A stretch of DNA of 64,000 nt from the human T2T-CHM13v2.0 reference genome, Homo sapiens, in NCBI RefSeq assembly GCF_009914755.1, contig NC_060935.1, one strand, 5' to 3'. Positions 1 through 22,079 of the stretch are shown here, one piece after another. The translations under genes and the position numbers were made by a program. The first letter of the stretch is position 1. Each line of letters starts with the position of its first letter. Under the pieces are notes generated by a model, which had not been told where the DNA came from, ran no database searches, and saw nothing but the letters and a program-made list of their open reading frames with translations.

Positions 1-310
1 ATTTTTTATTTCGATTGTATTTGATTGCAGTTTTTATTATATGTAAGTTGTAAATCTCTTTTGGTTTAATATTTGTATAGGAACTATTAGCATATGGAAC
101 TTAAGTCATTTAATCTTATGCATACGTAAATAATACAAAAATAATTTAATTTAAATGTAGGAGTTCTAGGAGAATTATTTTTCTTTGTTAAGGGTATATT
201 ACTTCAGCTTGAGAAAAAAATGAGACCTTCTTTTGTTCAACAGATGATTTTTGCCATTGATAACTTCTAGTCCTATAGATAGATGGATAATTAGTATATT
301 TAGAATGTCT

Positions 311-3473
<3,163 letters not shown>

Positions 3474-3963
3474 ATATATTTCTATTTTCATACAATAAGT
3501 ATAGAATCTTAGCAAATAATCTTTAAACCCTAGAATTTTAATTAAAAAGCCCATCTCCATAATATTTTAAGTTTCTTTCTACTTTTTGAGAACTTGATTT
3601 ATTTTCAATAATTAAAGAATTTATAGTTCATAAATCATTTTAGGCAATCATATGATGATTTTATTCTTATGAAACTCCGTGAATTAGAAGTCATGGTTGC
3701 AAATATAGTTTTTAGGGCCAGATTTTCCTAAGTACAAATTCCTCATGTGCTATTTATACTTGAGTGACTTTGAGCTAAGTACATAACTCTCAAAGAACCT
3801 TACCCATATGAAGATAATATTGGTACCTTTGTCAGGCAATTGTGAAGATTACCAAGATAATCTATGTGAAATGACCTAGATAAAAGAGAAAAGTATGATA
3901 TACATTAATATCTTTTCTGTGTGTGACTTGATCAAAAGTTTTATGGATCAGAGTAAGAGATAT

Positions 3964-4339
<376 letters not shown>

Positions 4340-4469
4340 CTACTTGATTTTATGTAATACAATCTCCTAGTTTTCTCATCTGCAATATAAGATTGTTAGA
4401 CCACCCTCTTTTGTGACTTCACTGATCTTAATCTCCTAATTCCTCAATGAAAGGACATGTGATTGAAAT

Positions 4470-4815
4470 TATGTCTACCCTACCTTACCTGAAATCCTTA
4501 GGGTCAGTTGTGTTTCAAAATTCAGAAATATTTGGATTTTACAAAGGTTACACATTGTGTGTACCAAGTATTACAGAACAGTCCCCAGCAGGATCTGGGG
4601 CAGAACTCCATAATCAAATGTTTTAGTATTTCTACCATAAAATATATGAATAGTCACACTAAGCAGAGAACACGAAAACTATTATATAAATAGCATTACA
4701 TTATTTTATGTTAGGTTTCTGCCATGAAATGAGTTTTGATATCAAGAGTATATAAAACTTTTCATTTTATGAAAGTTTTAAATTTTAGGGTTAAAGATAA
4801 GCATTTATGCATCTG
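4470..4815. mobile_element. TcMar-Tigger-type DNA transposon remnant (MER46C-like)
   Basis: ccttacctgaaatccttagggtcagttgtgtttcaaaattc start, internal cccagcaggatctggggcag, and a degenerate inverted end gataagcatttatgcatctgt; recalled similarity only. Confidence 0.5.
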
Positions 4816-5250
4816 TGTAAACTACTCCATGGATTGCTTCCACCACTAGAAGCATGCTGTAATAAAAATATGATATAATAAAACTCAAAATTCTGGATTC
4901 AGAAAATCTAATTCCATCCTTGATTCTTACTGTCTAGCTTTGTGAAATCAAGTAACTATATTTCTCTGAATCGTAGTTTCTGTATTTGTAAAATCAAAGT
5001 TTGAATAAGAAATTTTACAGGGTTCCTTGTAAGATTAATAGTATATTTCTTTTAGGGAGAAGTGAAGGGGGAAAAAGAATATAAATGTGTTTATTATCAC
5101 TGAACTGTACATTTTAAAATGGTAAAGACAGTAAATTTTATATGTATATTTTAACTCAATTAAAAAGTGCACAAAAATTTTAAGTAGTCCATTTATCTTA
5201 AATGAATGAAACTATGGACACTATTAGTTTAACTATATATAACCTAACTA

Positions 5251-5750
5251 ATTCATTCAATGCATAAATATTTATTAAGTCTTACTATATGCCAGCACTT
5301 TTCAAAGTCTTGTAGACACTGTGATGAGCAATTCTGCTGTCATTAAACTTATATTCCAGTGGAATGGAGACTAACAAAAAAAACCCAGCAGATAAACAAA
5401 TAAACAAGAACATTTCATATACTGATTGATGCTATAATGAAATATAAAAAGAAAATAATTATAGAGAGTAACATGGGACAGATATTTCAAGTTCAGTGGT
5501 AGAAAATACTTCTCTGTGGAGCAGAGATTTGAGTTTGAATCACAAGGATGAGGTTAGTTCCATGAAAATATAGGGGTAGAGCATTCCAGAAAGAAAAGAT
5601 GACAAATACAAAAGTCCTAAGGCGGGAAATAGGCCTGTAGAACTGAAATATAGAAATTAATAAGAGAGTTACAGGAGATGAAACTAGAGGAAAAGGTAAG
5701 GTCAAGATTGTGTTGGGTTTTGCAAGCCATAGTAAGAAAGGAATGATTGA
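5251..5750 (-). mobile_element. L2 LINE 3' remnant
   Basis: attcattcaa...aaatatttattaagtcttactatatgccagcac is the antisense L2 3' end, followed by typical purine-rich L2 body (gatgaaactagagg...ggtcaagattgtg). Confidence 0.7.
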
Positions 5751-8624
5751 AACCAACCTTTTGCCTTAAGAATGCTTGTATAAGACCTATTAATCTCCAG
5801 AGACCTATTATAACCAGCCCAAAGGAATAAAGCCTCTATTTGTCTCAAGGAAATGTTAAAATGAAAATAAAATTCAGTGATACCAAATAAAAGTTCCAGT
5901 GAAATATCAAATCAAGAGCTATAAGAAATAAAATAAATGGAATCATTTGATTGAGCTGCTAAAACAAATTGCTTCCAATGGTTTCTAGAACCTTTGTACA
6001 GAAACAAGCCATAAATAAGTTTATCAGCAACAGTTTTAGAATAATTATCTGACAGTACATCTTTAGGTATTGTAGGCCAAGTGCAAAATCAGACAAATAA
6101 GAGAAAAAGCCAGACGCTATATAAACTGGAAAGATATGAATTGTAAATATCAAAAGATACTCCTCAAATTCATTTAATGTAGAAACTTTTTTTCTGTTCT
6201 TAACAACACAGAACTATTAATTATTGAAACATTTTATTGTATATTACTAATACTTATTGGATGTATATCAATTCCAGTTATACAAACGCCAAGAAGCTTA
6301 TTTTAAACGCAAAACCCATTTTTAAACGGTCAGAACTCCAAAGATGGTGGCTATTGCTATCGATTTCTATAAATGCAGCAATTAGAGTTTACATAGTTTA
6401 AAAGAGAAACTGACATATTAATACATATTGCTTACCAGATTCTGTCTTCCTTAGGGCCACATAAAAAGTCCCTAAACCAGCATATGTAAATGCATCTATG
6501 CTTTGCCATGGTTCCTGAAGACATCCTTTGTACACATGTAGGTTGCCCAAGAATCCCAGCAATTTTTAAAATAAATTCAACTTAAAGTAATCACACTATG
6601 AACCTAGCCATTGTTTTCAGGTGTGTAGGCAATAAGTACAAGCTGGGGTACCTATAGTCAAAAAAATTCAACCTTTGGAGGAACGGAGCCAAAACATATA
6701 GTACAAAGATCAATGCAATCTGAAATATATCTGAATACTTAGAAATGTGATTATCAGTAAAGTGAAATTTATACTCTGCTTTCTATACTATAATAGCAAC
6801 TAGTAAAATCATCGTATGCCTTTGCTTGACACAAGATAATGTCTTTCCCTCTTTAAAGGAAACCGTAAAAACATTCTTTCCAGTCTGCATCCAATAAGAT
6901 AAAGACACTCTGATGACACATTTTAAGTTCTAGTAATAAAAGAATGTGTCAGCATCCTTACCACCTAAAGACCATAAATAGCACAGTTTGTTCAGTCTCC
7001 TGAAAGATGTTCTCAGAGTTCAGACCCAATTCTATTAAGCACTAGTCCCAACCCAATTTATATATGATTAGAAGATACACATGTCCTTGGATTGTCCTCT
7101 CTATAAAACGTTCTAGTGGGCGGGTAAAGATAGCTCTAAACTGTACCTTTTCTTCTAGTATTATTTCTGTTTCTCTTCCACCTGCATTGTCCAAAGGGAC
7201 AGTGATTTAGGTTACATGTATGATGAATTCTCTGAAGATCTAACATTGACTCAAGTGGATGCTCCAGAATTCATCCTAGAACTTGACCTAGAGATCTGTT
7301 TTGCTTGGTATTTCACTTATGGGCTTCCTTAAAGTCCAAACTCTTACAAAATAATTTAAAGTTGCATTGAAAGAAAAAAAAGATGCTAATTGCTTTTGGT
7401 TTCCACCGCAAAACAAAAACCATCCACTCACCTTTTATTGACAAGTGGCATATTGAGAATAAGAGACATTTTCTCAAGCAGTTTGTCTTATAAAGAAATT
7501 TTAGAATTAGAAAACTTAGTTTTAGAATTATAAAAAGATTTTACTTACCCTCAGCAGGGGCACTGCTGGCATTTCAGACAAGAAAGAGATTCATTATATA
7601 AATCTGTCCCACCCATTTGAAGACTGTTTATTTTTCCTGGAACTTTTTCACTAATTGCCAATATGCCTCAGTCATGTGACAAACAAAAAATTCCCACCAA
7701 CACTTACAAACAAGCCTTGAGCATTTTAACACCCTTGAGTTGAGAACCACAAAAACTACTTCATTCTGCAATGAATAGACTTGGAAACAAAATGCTTTGC
7801 TAGAGGATAGAAAGACAGTAAATGCCAGAATTGTGACTATTTAGTGCTTTTTCCATAATAACAGACCTGCCTCTGAGAAAAACATACAGTAAAAATGAGA
7901 CCCATTTTCCTCATTTTCTCCATGGAAAGCTAGTTGATAACATCATCAAATATTTGGCGTGGGATGATGTAATCTATCTAAGTCATTGGCACTACATAGA
8001 AATATACTGCAAATAAGAAACAATCTTCCAAAACTGACAAAAATATTTGACTGCTTCTAGAAACCTATTTAACACTTAGTCAAGAGTGCATTGAAAAGAG
8101 CAAAAGAGTAAGTAAATATAGATAAAAATACTTTCTTTGACTTCGACTGACTGTATGACCTTAAATTACACTATTTATATACTCTCTCCAGGCCTCAGTT
8201 TCTCCATATGTTAAATAACGCAGTTGAGTTAAATTATTCTTAATGATTTCCTCTATAAGAAATTTTTCACTTCATGGTTTTCAAACAGATTTCACTTAAT
8301 GCAGTTCAAGTTTATTTTATATTATGCAAAGATAGGTAAGAGAATTCCAGTCTCTTATAAGACTCCTCCATCTATACAGTTTTATCCTACTATGGACAGG
8401 GAGTGGAGTTTTCTGGGTAATCAAATAAGCTGGCAAACAAAAGAATATATCATGTATTACCAATAGTATAATTTATTCCTTCAGCAAACATTTACTATTG
8501 AGTATGCTTTTTACTATTCTAGGTTCTAGAGGCACATATGAATTACTCATTTTCCCTGATTTCAAGGAAACCATAGACTGGTCAACAAGTTAGGTATATA
8601 AACAGATCATTAAAATACAATGTG

Positions 8625-9118
<494 letters not shown>

Positions 9119-9659
9119 AAAATACAATGTGATAGGCATTATAATTACAAATATAATTATTATGCTAAGCAATGAATTGTACTTACCATTACAGTGGTAA
9201 TACAAATAATGAAAAAAATTATTTGCTGATTAAACAAATAGATAAATCATTGCTTTTGGGGTTACTGTTATGGATATAAAATATTAAAATACCATAGAAA
9301 GAAGGATATTCTGATTAATATAGGACTCCATTTACTAAAATATCAAATGAGTATTTTTTCCCGACCATTTTTGCTAAAGTGATTTTAAGAAAATGAATGG
9401 ATTTTGGAGTATAAAAAACTTGATTTGAATTCCAGCACTGACACTTAGATGTTAGGTGACTTTTAGACAAATTTTATCACCCCTTAGAGCCTGTGTCATC
9501 ATTTGTAAAATTAAGAGAGTTGTTGTAAGCAATAAATAAGGTAATGCATATAAAGTGGCAAGTTCATAGAAGGTCTTTTATCAATATTAAATATCTTCTC
9601 ATTTTCAGTGTGGAAAAATTTAATGTCATGTACCTGCCTTCAGAGATAGTATTTAATAT

Positions 9660-10020
9660 CAAATTGAATTTTCCAGAAATGGTTGCAATACTTTTTGTTC
9701 CACATGCTCTTGCTAACGTTTATCATCCCTATTGAGATGCAGAGTCTATGAATCCTTCCCTTGAACCTTTTATAGCACTTGTAGTATAGTAGCCTTTGTG
9801 ACTGCTTGCCTCAATTAATAGAGTATGGCAGAAGTTATGTTATATTTCTTTCAAGATAGTCTCAAAAGGAGATGTAGCTTCTGTCTGACTCCCTCTTTCC
9901 TGAACCATGTATCTTTGGATCCTCAGATAACATTAAGACTTCTGGTTGCTCTGAAGTAGCCATGGTGGAAGAATTGCATGGAGAAACCACACAAAGATAG
10001 AGCAAAGATGCCCCAGCTAG
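9660..10020 (+). mobile_element. MaLR LTR remnant (MLT1G/H-like)
   Basis: MLT1-type motifs ccacatgctcttg, gagtctatgaatccttcccttgaacc, ttgtgactgc...aatagagtatggcagaagt. Confidence 0.6.
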
Positions 10021-10699
10021 AAAGATAAATAACGATTTTGTGATTCTTGGCTAAAAAGTACATTCAAAACCCTAAGTGTCCTCATTGTTACTAATGTCCT
10101 AAATCAGAGCATATGATAAAAACAGGAGAAAACAAATTATCAGCTCCTGTTCTCTGATGATTTGAAAAGTATGAGTGCAATTGTTCTAAATAATAAATAA
10201 CAGGCACAAGTAAATATCTAGCTCATGAAATCAAAATCTTCAAATATAGAAGGAAAGAAATGCCCATAAGAGAAGATAAAATTTTTGAAAATAAGTTAAG
10301 TTACTAAGTATATTCTTTATAACTATTTTGTCAAGTTGCATGTAAAATTCTTTTAGAAATCTAGTGAAAAAAATCTATCCTAATGTGAAATACTGGCAGA
10401 TGACGTTCATGTGAGCAGCAGTTAGGGTTTATAGCAAAATGGTTATTTTTTTAAGGTGCATGCTATTATGCTATCAAAAGCTTAAAATATTAGAATGAGT
10501 GATTTTTCTTTAAAAGACTTTTTTTGGTAAGAATACATAGTAAGTTTCTTTATTTGTATGTCATGTTAGCACTTTATTACTAAATTAATTTGTATATCAA
10601 AATCTGGATTCTCCTCAAAAGAGAGGACTCCAATATCAAGAAATCTAGATTCTTACAGTAAAACAAACAAGGATATCAACAATAAAAATAGACTGGTAC

Positions 10700-10935
10700 T
10701 GTAAATTATAAGCTTAAGAGTTAGGCTTGGTTTATACTATGGCTTCACTCAAATCCAGCTGCATAGCCTTGGGCAAACTGCTTAACTTTTCTGAGCCTTA
10801 ATTTCTACTTGTGTAAAAGCAGTGAAATAATACATTTACCCAGTGGGTTGCTGTAAAGAATAAGTGCAACAAGATATGCAAAGTTCTTATCACAGGACAT
10901 AGTACATATTTGGTGCTCAATATGTTTTAGTTCCT
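10700..10935 (+). mobile_element. MIR SINE (representative; further MIR pieces near 3690, 8130, 9390, 33835, 35980, 37430, 44070, 48230, 49640, 59020, 61990)
   Basis: MIR core ccttgggcaaactgcttaacttttctgagccttaatttctacttgtgtaaaa...gggttgctgtaaagaataa. Confidence 0.75.
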
Positions 10936-12879
10936 TGTAATTCTTCCTTATATATGCAGTTTTTAATTTAGGAAAGAGTAGGTATTACTTAAGGATGACT
11001 TGCTTTCATCAGAAACTATACCAGTGCACTAAACAGATGGAAAGAAAAAGCATCTTTATAGCTTCACCCCTTAATATCTCACTTCAAGCCCTCTCCTCAG
11101 CTCTTTACTATAGAGGGAGGGTTACATGCATCCCTTTCTCCTCCATATTTCTGGCTCTGCCCATGGTAAGGTAGCTATTTCTACCCAGCAAGTAAAAGTA
11201 CAGTATTGATTTACTTCTTTTCTTTGGTTTTAACCCTCCAGAAGAAGAGAACTGGTAAGTAAAATGATTCATACTTCAAAGCCCCACCCGGACCTAACAC
11301 ACATCAGCTCCACATACCTCCTTTGGTACACCCCAAACCTGTATTGGTTCTACAAATGGTCCTTTCTACCTGTCCAGGGTACCTGTCTTGGGCACCTTAT
11401 GCCTCTGGAGAAAATCAAATTACTTTAGGAATTGGTAATTGCACCAGATTTATGATCTCCAAGCTCTGTGAGGGCCTCACTACTGCCGAGTTATCCCGAG
11501 TCTCCTATCGCCACTCTTCTGTGTCTCTTAGCAGATTATGCCTCTTGAAGTTATCAGACAGCTTTCAACTTCCATACTACCTATAGAACTATTTATACCT
11601 GTACTTGTATTTTAAGCCTCCCCTCTTGACTCAGAATAATGGTGTCTCTTGTGTTCATTGAAGGCAGCTAAGTCACCAAGAGCACTGAAATGAATGCTTG
11701 CCAATTTACAGAAGAAGTAGATGCCAAAATTGTGTGCAATTGATGTGGCTTTTCAAACTGAGTATCTCCCTTTGTAACATGTTTTATTTGGTCTTTGGAA
11801 AATTCTTAATCATATGCTGCACATACATTCATTTGCTATGTTTTAGGTTAAGTTTATACTTCTAAACACACTGTCTATTTGCAGTCTAAAATTTAACACA
11901 TTAGTTTATGTTCTAGTCCAACATTTTATTCTTTAATTATAAGAGACAACCTAATGAAAATACATTTCTTTCAGTAGGAGATTAGCCAGTGTTATTTAAA
12001 AAAAAAAAAAAAACTTGGCAAAACAGAAAAAAAAGCCAACTAGCTTTCCTAGCTGTGACAAGTTTCTGTTTTTAAAAAAGTAATCTTAAATAAACTACCA
12101 GTCCTTCATAACTGAGTGCATTAATTACTTCACCTTAAAATATGTATAAGATGATGCCTTAAATTCACAGGGCAAAAAGAGCAAAAGCTTGAAAAAGATG
12201 AAAAGAACACAATTTACAGATATTGGCAAACACTTAAAACTCCAGCCTCTATGAACTTTCCCAAATAAATCTATAAAGCTCATCATACCGTGCCTGTTAC
12301 TTAGAAAGTATATACTCAGTAAACCGTAGCTATTTATCTTCTGTGTCAAGAATTGTTTCCACAATTCGAATCAAGTGTTATATGGAACTTCGTGCCATGA
12401 TTTCATCTCTTAATAATCTTAAATTCAAACTCTTATAATACTTTATGGTAACTTATCTCATAGAAATTACAGAATGGAAATCAATGTTATCTCTGATTCT
12501 ATGAAATGAACTAGATTTATGAATTGGGAGCAGCACAAAAACAACATAATGTCTACTACAAAAAAGTCAATATTTGAAAACTAGTTTTATTACAAATGAA
12601 GTAATTTTCAAAAGTTTAAAAACGTTAAAATAGAAATTAAAAAAAAACTATAGGTAAAAACGTCATTGTCAAATCCCCATGTTGCTCCTACTGAAATTAA
12701 GTAAGGGTAATTTCATATAATAATATTGTCATTGATGTTTTAATAATCAAAACTCTAACAGTTGAGAAAATAAATTGTGTATGTTTCTCTTTTGCACCTA
12801 TGTTATTATCAGCCTCAGGTAGTAAGCTTTACTCAGGATAGCAATCTATCAAAAATGCATGCTGAATATTTACTAAATT

Positions 12880-14100
12880 ACTATACTTTTTGACCTCAAT
12901 CTCCTATCTTAATGGTTATTCACTCCTTTTTCAACTCCTATCCTTTAACCTCACAGTGATATCCATCACTTTAATCTTTTCATTTTTTCCTCAGTTTACT
13001 GGTCCTTTATCATCTTGTTCTTTAGCCAGCTTGAAACTAATGACTGTTCATTTGAACTATTTTCTCACCAATACCTTTGATTTCTTTTACTGTGATTCTT
13101 CAGGTGCAACTCTTCAGCAAAATCCAAATCCCAGATAAATACTGCATCTGGTCTCTCTCAACTCACACCTAGGAAATGAAGCTCTGTGGGAAAGGAACTC
13201 ACACACACACTAAGAGCAATTTCTATGTAGTCAGTTTCCACACTCAGCTACGCACTGTCCTTTAATCAACTTCCCCTCTCATTTCCCTCAAAAAACTTCT
13301 CAATCATCCCCATCTGCCTCCAAGTCCTTAGTTGCCTTTAGCTCCTCATTTTGACAGGTTAGATAGCCCTCAGTCTCCTAATAAAATTGAGGTTATTAGG
13401 TGTGTTCTCCCTGCACAGGTACACCACAGCCAGACCCAGAAAGCTAACCCACAGCCACAGCCATCCTCACCCTAGGCCTTTTCCTACTCTCTTCTGTTCT
13501 GCTCTCCCATCTATAGCAGAGGTTGGCAAACCTGTTGGTCAAATCTGGCTTGCTACATGTTGTTATAAATAAATTCTTATCGAAAACAGCCATGCCCATT
13601 TGTTTATATATTTTCTGCAGCTGCTTCAATGCTACAAGGGCAGAGTTGGGTAGTTGCTACAGATATCTTATGGTCCTCAAAGCCTAAAATATTTACTCTC
13701 TAGCCCTTTACTGGAAAAGTGTCCTGATCTCTGATTTATATCATTGACATCTTCCTCTTTCCTAAATCTTTTCCTTCAGCCTGTAAATATGGTCAACTAT
13801 GTTCTAGTCTAAAAATGTTAGTTTAGGTGTTTTGGTTTTTTGTTTTGTTTTGCTCAAACTCTCTCCAGTTGTATACCAATTTCTGTCTTGCCCTCCTCAT
13901 AAAACTTGTCCAGGGAGTATGTCATATTCTCTTTCTCCACTTTTTTTTTTATTCCTTTCTTCCTGTAACCTGATTTTTGCCCCTACTACTTTGTTGAAAT
14001 TTGCTCCTATTAAAATTAATGATGACCTTCTCTCTGTCAAAGTTAAATTTTAAATGCCTAATCCTAAACTAATTGACTCATCTTTAGGCACACTCCCCTT
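12880..14100 (+). mobile_element. Diverged L2 body, interrupted by MER58A
   Basis: Pyrimidine-rich L2-like motifs (aaaatccaaatcccagataaat; ctactactttgttgaaatttgctcctattaaaattaatgatgaccttc). Confidence 0.5.
13517..13733 (+). mobile_element. MER58A (hAT-Charlie MITE)
   Basis: cagaggttggcaaac...tgatctctg termini, internal aaaacagccatgcccatttgttta and gcctaaaatatttactctctagcccttta; degenerate 8-bp TSD atctatag/atttatat. Confidence 0.85.
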
Positions 14101-15378
14101 AAAACTGTAATCCAATATTCTTAGCAAAGAGCACACAACAGGATCATTTCTAGAGGCTTCCGCCTTTATGCTATCACTAACCGGAATTACTCTTAATTAT
14201 TACAAGTTGTTGCTTCAGAGATAAGGGATTAATTTTACTATTCCAGTATGAGAAAAGTAATCAAGTCACCACAATATTGTGGTAAATGGGAGAAGAAAAG
14301 CTACTGGAGATATCAGTCAATACACAACCTCCACCCTCACCATATAGGATGCAAACAAACACTTGCCCTTGAAGAACACATTTGCCCCAATTACCCTTCC
14401 TTCTCTCTCTCCTAGGGTCATCACCGTCATCTGTTCACTAGCGAAAACTGACCAAAAGATGTCCAAGACACGTTGGAGTGCAAGGCTTTCTCAGTTATCT
14501 CTTAAAGTGAAGAAAAAACCACATAAGGAACACGGGGCCTTCATTTCTCTTGGAAAACTGATATCCCTATGGACTAATGATATAAGTGTGTCTGGAAAAT
14601 ATGTGAGATACCCTTTTAGAGATGCAGATGATTAATCACAATTTTAACTTCTTATAATGATGCTTGGCACAGGATAAGCAAATAGAAATTAAATGTAGAA
14701 ACCAACAACACATGTTCACTTATTTAATATGGAACTCCCATATTCTTGAATATAAACTACCACATTAATGAGCAAAAGTATAACAAAATTGAAAGAACAT
14801 AATCAGCTTTCTTTTAGGGTAGGAAGACAGCTATTTAGGATTCTTCCTCACTTATCAATTAAAAGAACCATGAAACTAACAAGGAGACACAAATATGCAA
14901 AATCACTGATAATCGCAGTCAACACTTTATATGTACCTGGAAGGGGGAAAAAACCTTTTTAGTTCTGTTGTGGTAGGGATAAATTAACTGTCTCTGTCTG
15001 ACATATGTTTTGAATTTTAAAACTAAATAAAATCAGTTAGAAAGCTAATGGAAAGATACATATGTCAACTTCTACTCTGTATCCCTATCAAAGATTCGTG
15101 TGATCTTTGCCTCTAAGTAAAGCAGCATAGCAGCCACGGATCTCACATGGGAAAGTTCTTTCAGATTAGAACAGAGATATCCCTTTCTCATACCTCTACC
15201 TCACACTCTCTCATCCCACAAAATCTTAACTTTGGGAGGGACTTTAACATGAATATTCATGCTCTGATGGCCCAAGTAAGTACGATTAATATGTAAAGAT
15301 TGTAATCATACAATTAATAAGGTAGATGTAATAAACGTGAATGAAAAATTTTATTCCATAGAAAACATGCCTTCTTTT

Positions 15379-18435
<3,057 letters not shown>

Positions 18436-21400
18436 TGCCTTCTTTTCACACGTCATGGAACTATACAAAATTTTATCATTTATTATGTCACAAAAAATTA
18501 GTATATATTAAAATGCAAAACTCATAAAGGCAAAATTCTCTGAACACAGTAATTTAAAGCTAGAAACTAAAACTAGCTTTAAACTAATGTTTTGGAATAA
18601 AACTAAATACATCCTAGCCTTTCAAAAAATTGCATAAAAAGGAAATAAAATTAAACACTTAGTCATAAAATAGGAATGTAATATATTATATTTATGGGAC
18701 ACTTTCAAACATATTTAGAGACTAATTAATAGACTTAAGGCACTATGGTTATTTCTAAAAGAATGAAAATAAGGTGAGTCTATATATCAAGATATTAGAA
18801 AAAATGCAATCAGAATAAAAATAAAACAGAAAGAATGAAACACTAAAAAGAAAATTAGAAAATTACTTAGAGCACAAAAAACTGGTAAGAAATAGAACAC
18901 TTGGTTCTTAAAATAGAAAATGAAATCGATAAACTTCTCACAGATCTAATGAAGACAAAAATAATATATACTTTGCGACTAAGGAAAATAATATAACCAC
19001 AAATACAAAGAAAGTATTTTAAAATGGTAAGGGAATTATATATATGTTACTCTGGATTACCTATAAACATAAACTAGGAACTATAAAACATAAGGAGGAT
19101 ACTATGTCACAAAAGCAAAGAACACGGTTTGGATGCAAGCTATACTGTGTACTAGTTATAGATAAGTTACTCAACTGCTTTGAGCCACGTTTTGTCTGTA
19201 AAAAAAGAATTTAAAATATCTTTAATAATAGTGTTTTCAGAAGTATTGCTTATGTCATTGTCATCTTTGTTGTAATTCTCTTTTCTTCCTCCTCATTATT
19301 AATATTCACTACCTTTGAGGAAAACTTGATATGTACCCGAACAAGTTGAAACTTAAAAGTTATTTTTCCAATCAATACTTTAATCCATCCATAAGAACCA
19401 GGTGCAATGCATACCATTTACCTTATTACTTATTTTTTCCCCAAATGCAAGTATTAGCAACATTCACTGCATCTGAGAATATAAAACCTTAATGACATAT
19501 CCTCCAAGGGAAAAAAATCTTACCCAACTTAGAAGACCTGCAAGGATTGATTGCACTTAATGAATGTAGTGCTCTTAGAGTTATATAACTGTCATTAAAC
19601 AAATACATAGGCATCAAATTTAAAGAAAACCAAGAAGCAGAGCTAAACAACATCGATACTAAAAAAATGAAAAGTTAGGAGTTTTTTTCTCTCACTTATC
19701 AGTAAACCTGAAGGCTTAATATAAGCCTATAAGATTCTAAAAACAAGAAGGGTGCTTTATTTGTATTAGTCCCTAAAAATCTTAGAATGAGGTAAAAATA
19801 AAAAATAAAAAACAGTAACACTGGAGCTCTCAGATTTATGTATGTCCTTAGGCTTTTTCTTACAGTTTCAATGTGGATTATTATTGTCAGAGTAAAGTGA
19901 AATGGGAAAGTAAAATGTAAAATTCGATTTGCAACCCCTAACATTTTCTTATTTTAGACCTAAATAACAGTTATTACCAACTTAAAATTTGTGTAACAGA
20001 ATCTATCCAGGGAAAGAAAAACAAGTCATTTTGGTGCACAATTGCAAAATGCCAAAAAATTAATAACTTTGTCTACTTATCTCCTTGTATTAAGATTTTG
20101 ACCCATTTTGAATTAATATAAATATTTAGAGCACAAGATAATAGAGATTAAATAAATACACAAACAAAATAGTTTTCTACTCTCAAGAAACACACAGAAG
20201 ACTTCAGCAGAAAAGAAAAAATCAATTATAAAACTGTGTAATAGAAGTATATTGTACCTATATATCTATGTACTATATCTCGATAACTATTCTAAATAGG
20301 ATATCAGAGAATATTCTATATAAGATATCATAGGATAGAGATATATTTAAAAATACTAGTAACTTATTGAGCATCAAAATATAGATTGCTAAGTGCTTCA
20401 TTTATATTATTTCATATCCTCATTAAATTCTTGCATGTTAAGAATTATTATGCCCATTTTACAAACATAAAATTGAAGTTTATGGAGTTTAGATTGGTAA
20501 ACAAATAAAGCCAAAATTAAGGTACATTTTTGTAGCTTCGCCACTCATACCCTTTTGGCCACCCCACTGTTTTCATTAAATTAAGATAATCCGAGAATTT
20601 GTCAAATCGTGAGGTGACAAAATATGTATATATACACTGTTCTAAGATTCTGGATCTTACCATGTCTTCGTTTCTTCATCTAAAAGTGGATTATAATTAA
20701 ACTGTCCCCATTAATTTCAGGGGGTTGATGGGAAGATCAAATATAATATATGAGACAGTTATTGAAAAGTTAAGGCATTTGTAAAATGAGATGCAGGATT
20801 ACAGTAATGAAGCTCTTCCTCAGCATTAGAAACTAGGCCAAGCAACCCAAGAACCAGGAGCTAGTTACAGGATGGGAAATGTATCTGACGCACATTTTAC
20901 TTATTTAAAATATTTAAACATGACAACCTTTGTTAAACAACCTCAAGGTAAACGGCACCAAAACTGTGTTTTTGTATCTAATTACTGCTAGAGTAACAAT
21001 TAAAACACAGACCAAGTAGAAAACTGTGTGACTTTTTTCCTCAGAATTCAGTCAGCAAAGACTAGAAATTTGCATAAATGCAGGCCCCCAAAGCAACTTT
21101 TTGCCTCTGCAGCACATTCCTGAAGCCCAAAAGAAACGAATAATTGTCTCGACTCTTCATTGCATGTTGTCTATATAGCCACCATCGTACTTTAAATGTG
21201 CAGAAAAAATAGTGCCAGTTGTTAGCAGAGAAAATCATCTAAGCCATTTGTAAGCACTCTGTTGTCTCTGTTCCTACCATAACCCTCTCCATACTGGCTT
21301 AAGTTTCATGAACGTACTCCCCTTGGAATTCTGTCCTTTCTGCAAACACTTTTTTTCCAAGTTTTGTTTTAGGCTTTCCTAACATATTTTCAGGTCTCTC

Positions 21401-22079
21401 AGTTAACATAAATTCAGGTTTCTCAAAATGTCTGCAGAGGGACTAAAGTTATTCCTTCCAAGGTGGAAGTGCGTTCTGTCAAAATAAATCAAACATCAGT
21501 AAGTAGATAAATAAGGAAAGTTAGAAAGTAGAATATTCCATTGATTGGCAAAATAATCCTCATTCAGCTCTATTAATTTATTATTTTAAAAATCACCACC
21601 ATATTTACGTCTGTGCAATATTACATGTAATTCTGTCTCAGGAGGATTAGGTGCATGCTTAGTTGTGAATGAATGACCATGGAGAAGCATTTTTAAATTA
21701 AACGTATTCTATAATTGTAGATAAATTTTCCATTGTATCTCGCAAGAACACAGATACATACACTCATCATACCATGATAGCACTGCATTTATGTATATTT
21801 GAGTACATAGGGAATGCTAGCAAATTTATTTAACACAGAGGACAATAAACAAATTTCCTCATATTGATGCTTCAATTCAGAATGCGCAATACTGTTGACA
21901 TCTGGCCTCAGGCTCTGACCAGAACTGTTACCATAAAGAAGTGTTGTTGGAGTCTGACTTTCCTCGATGAAATGTTAGACACTATAGCCAAGTGCAGCTT
22001 CATATATTAATAGATGCTAATGGTTGTAATTTAGACCAAACCACTTTGATACAATTTGGGAAATTTAGTTCTTCTAAAC

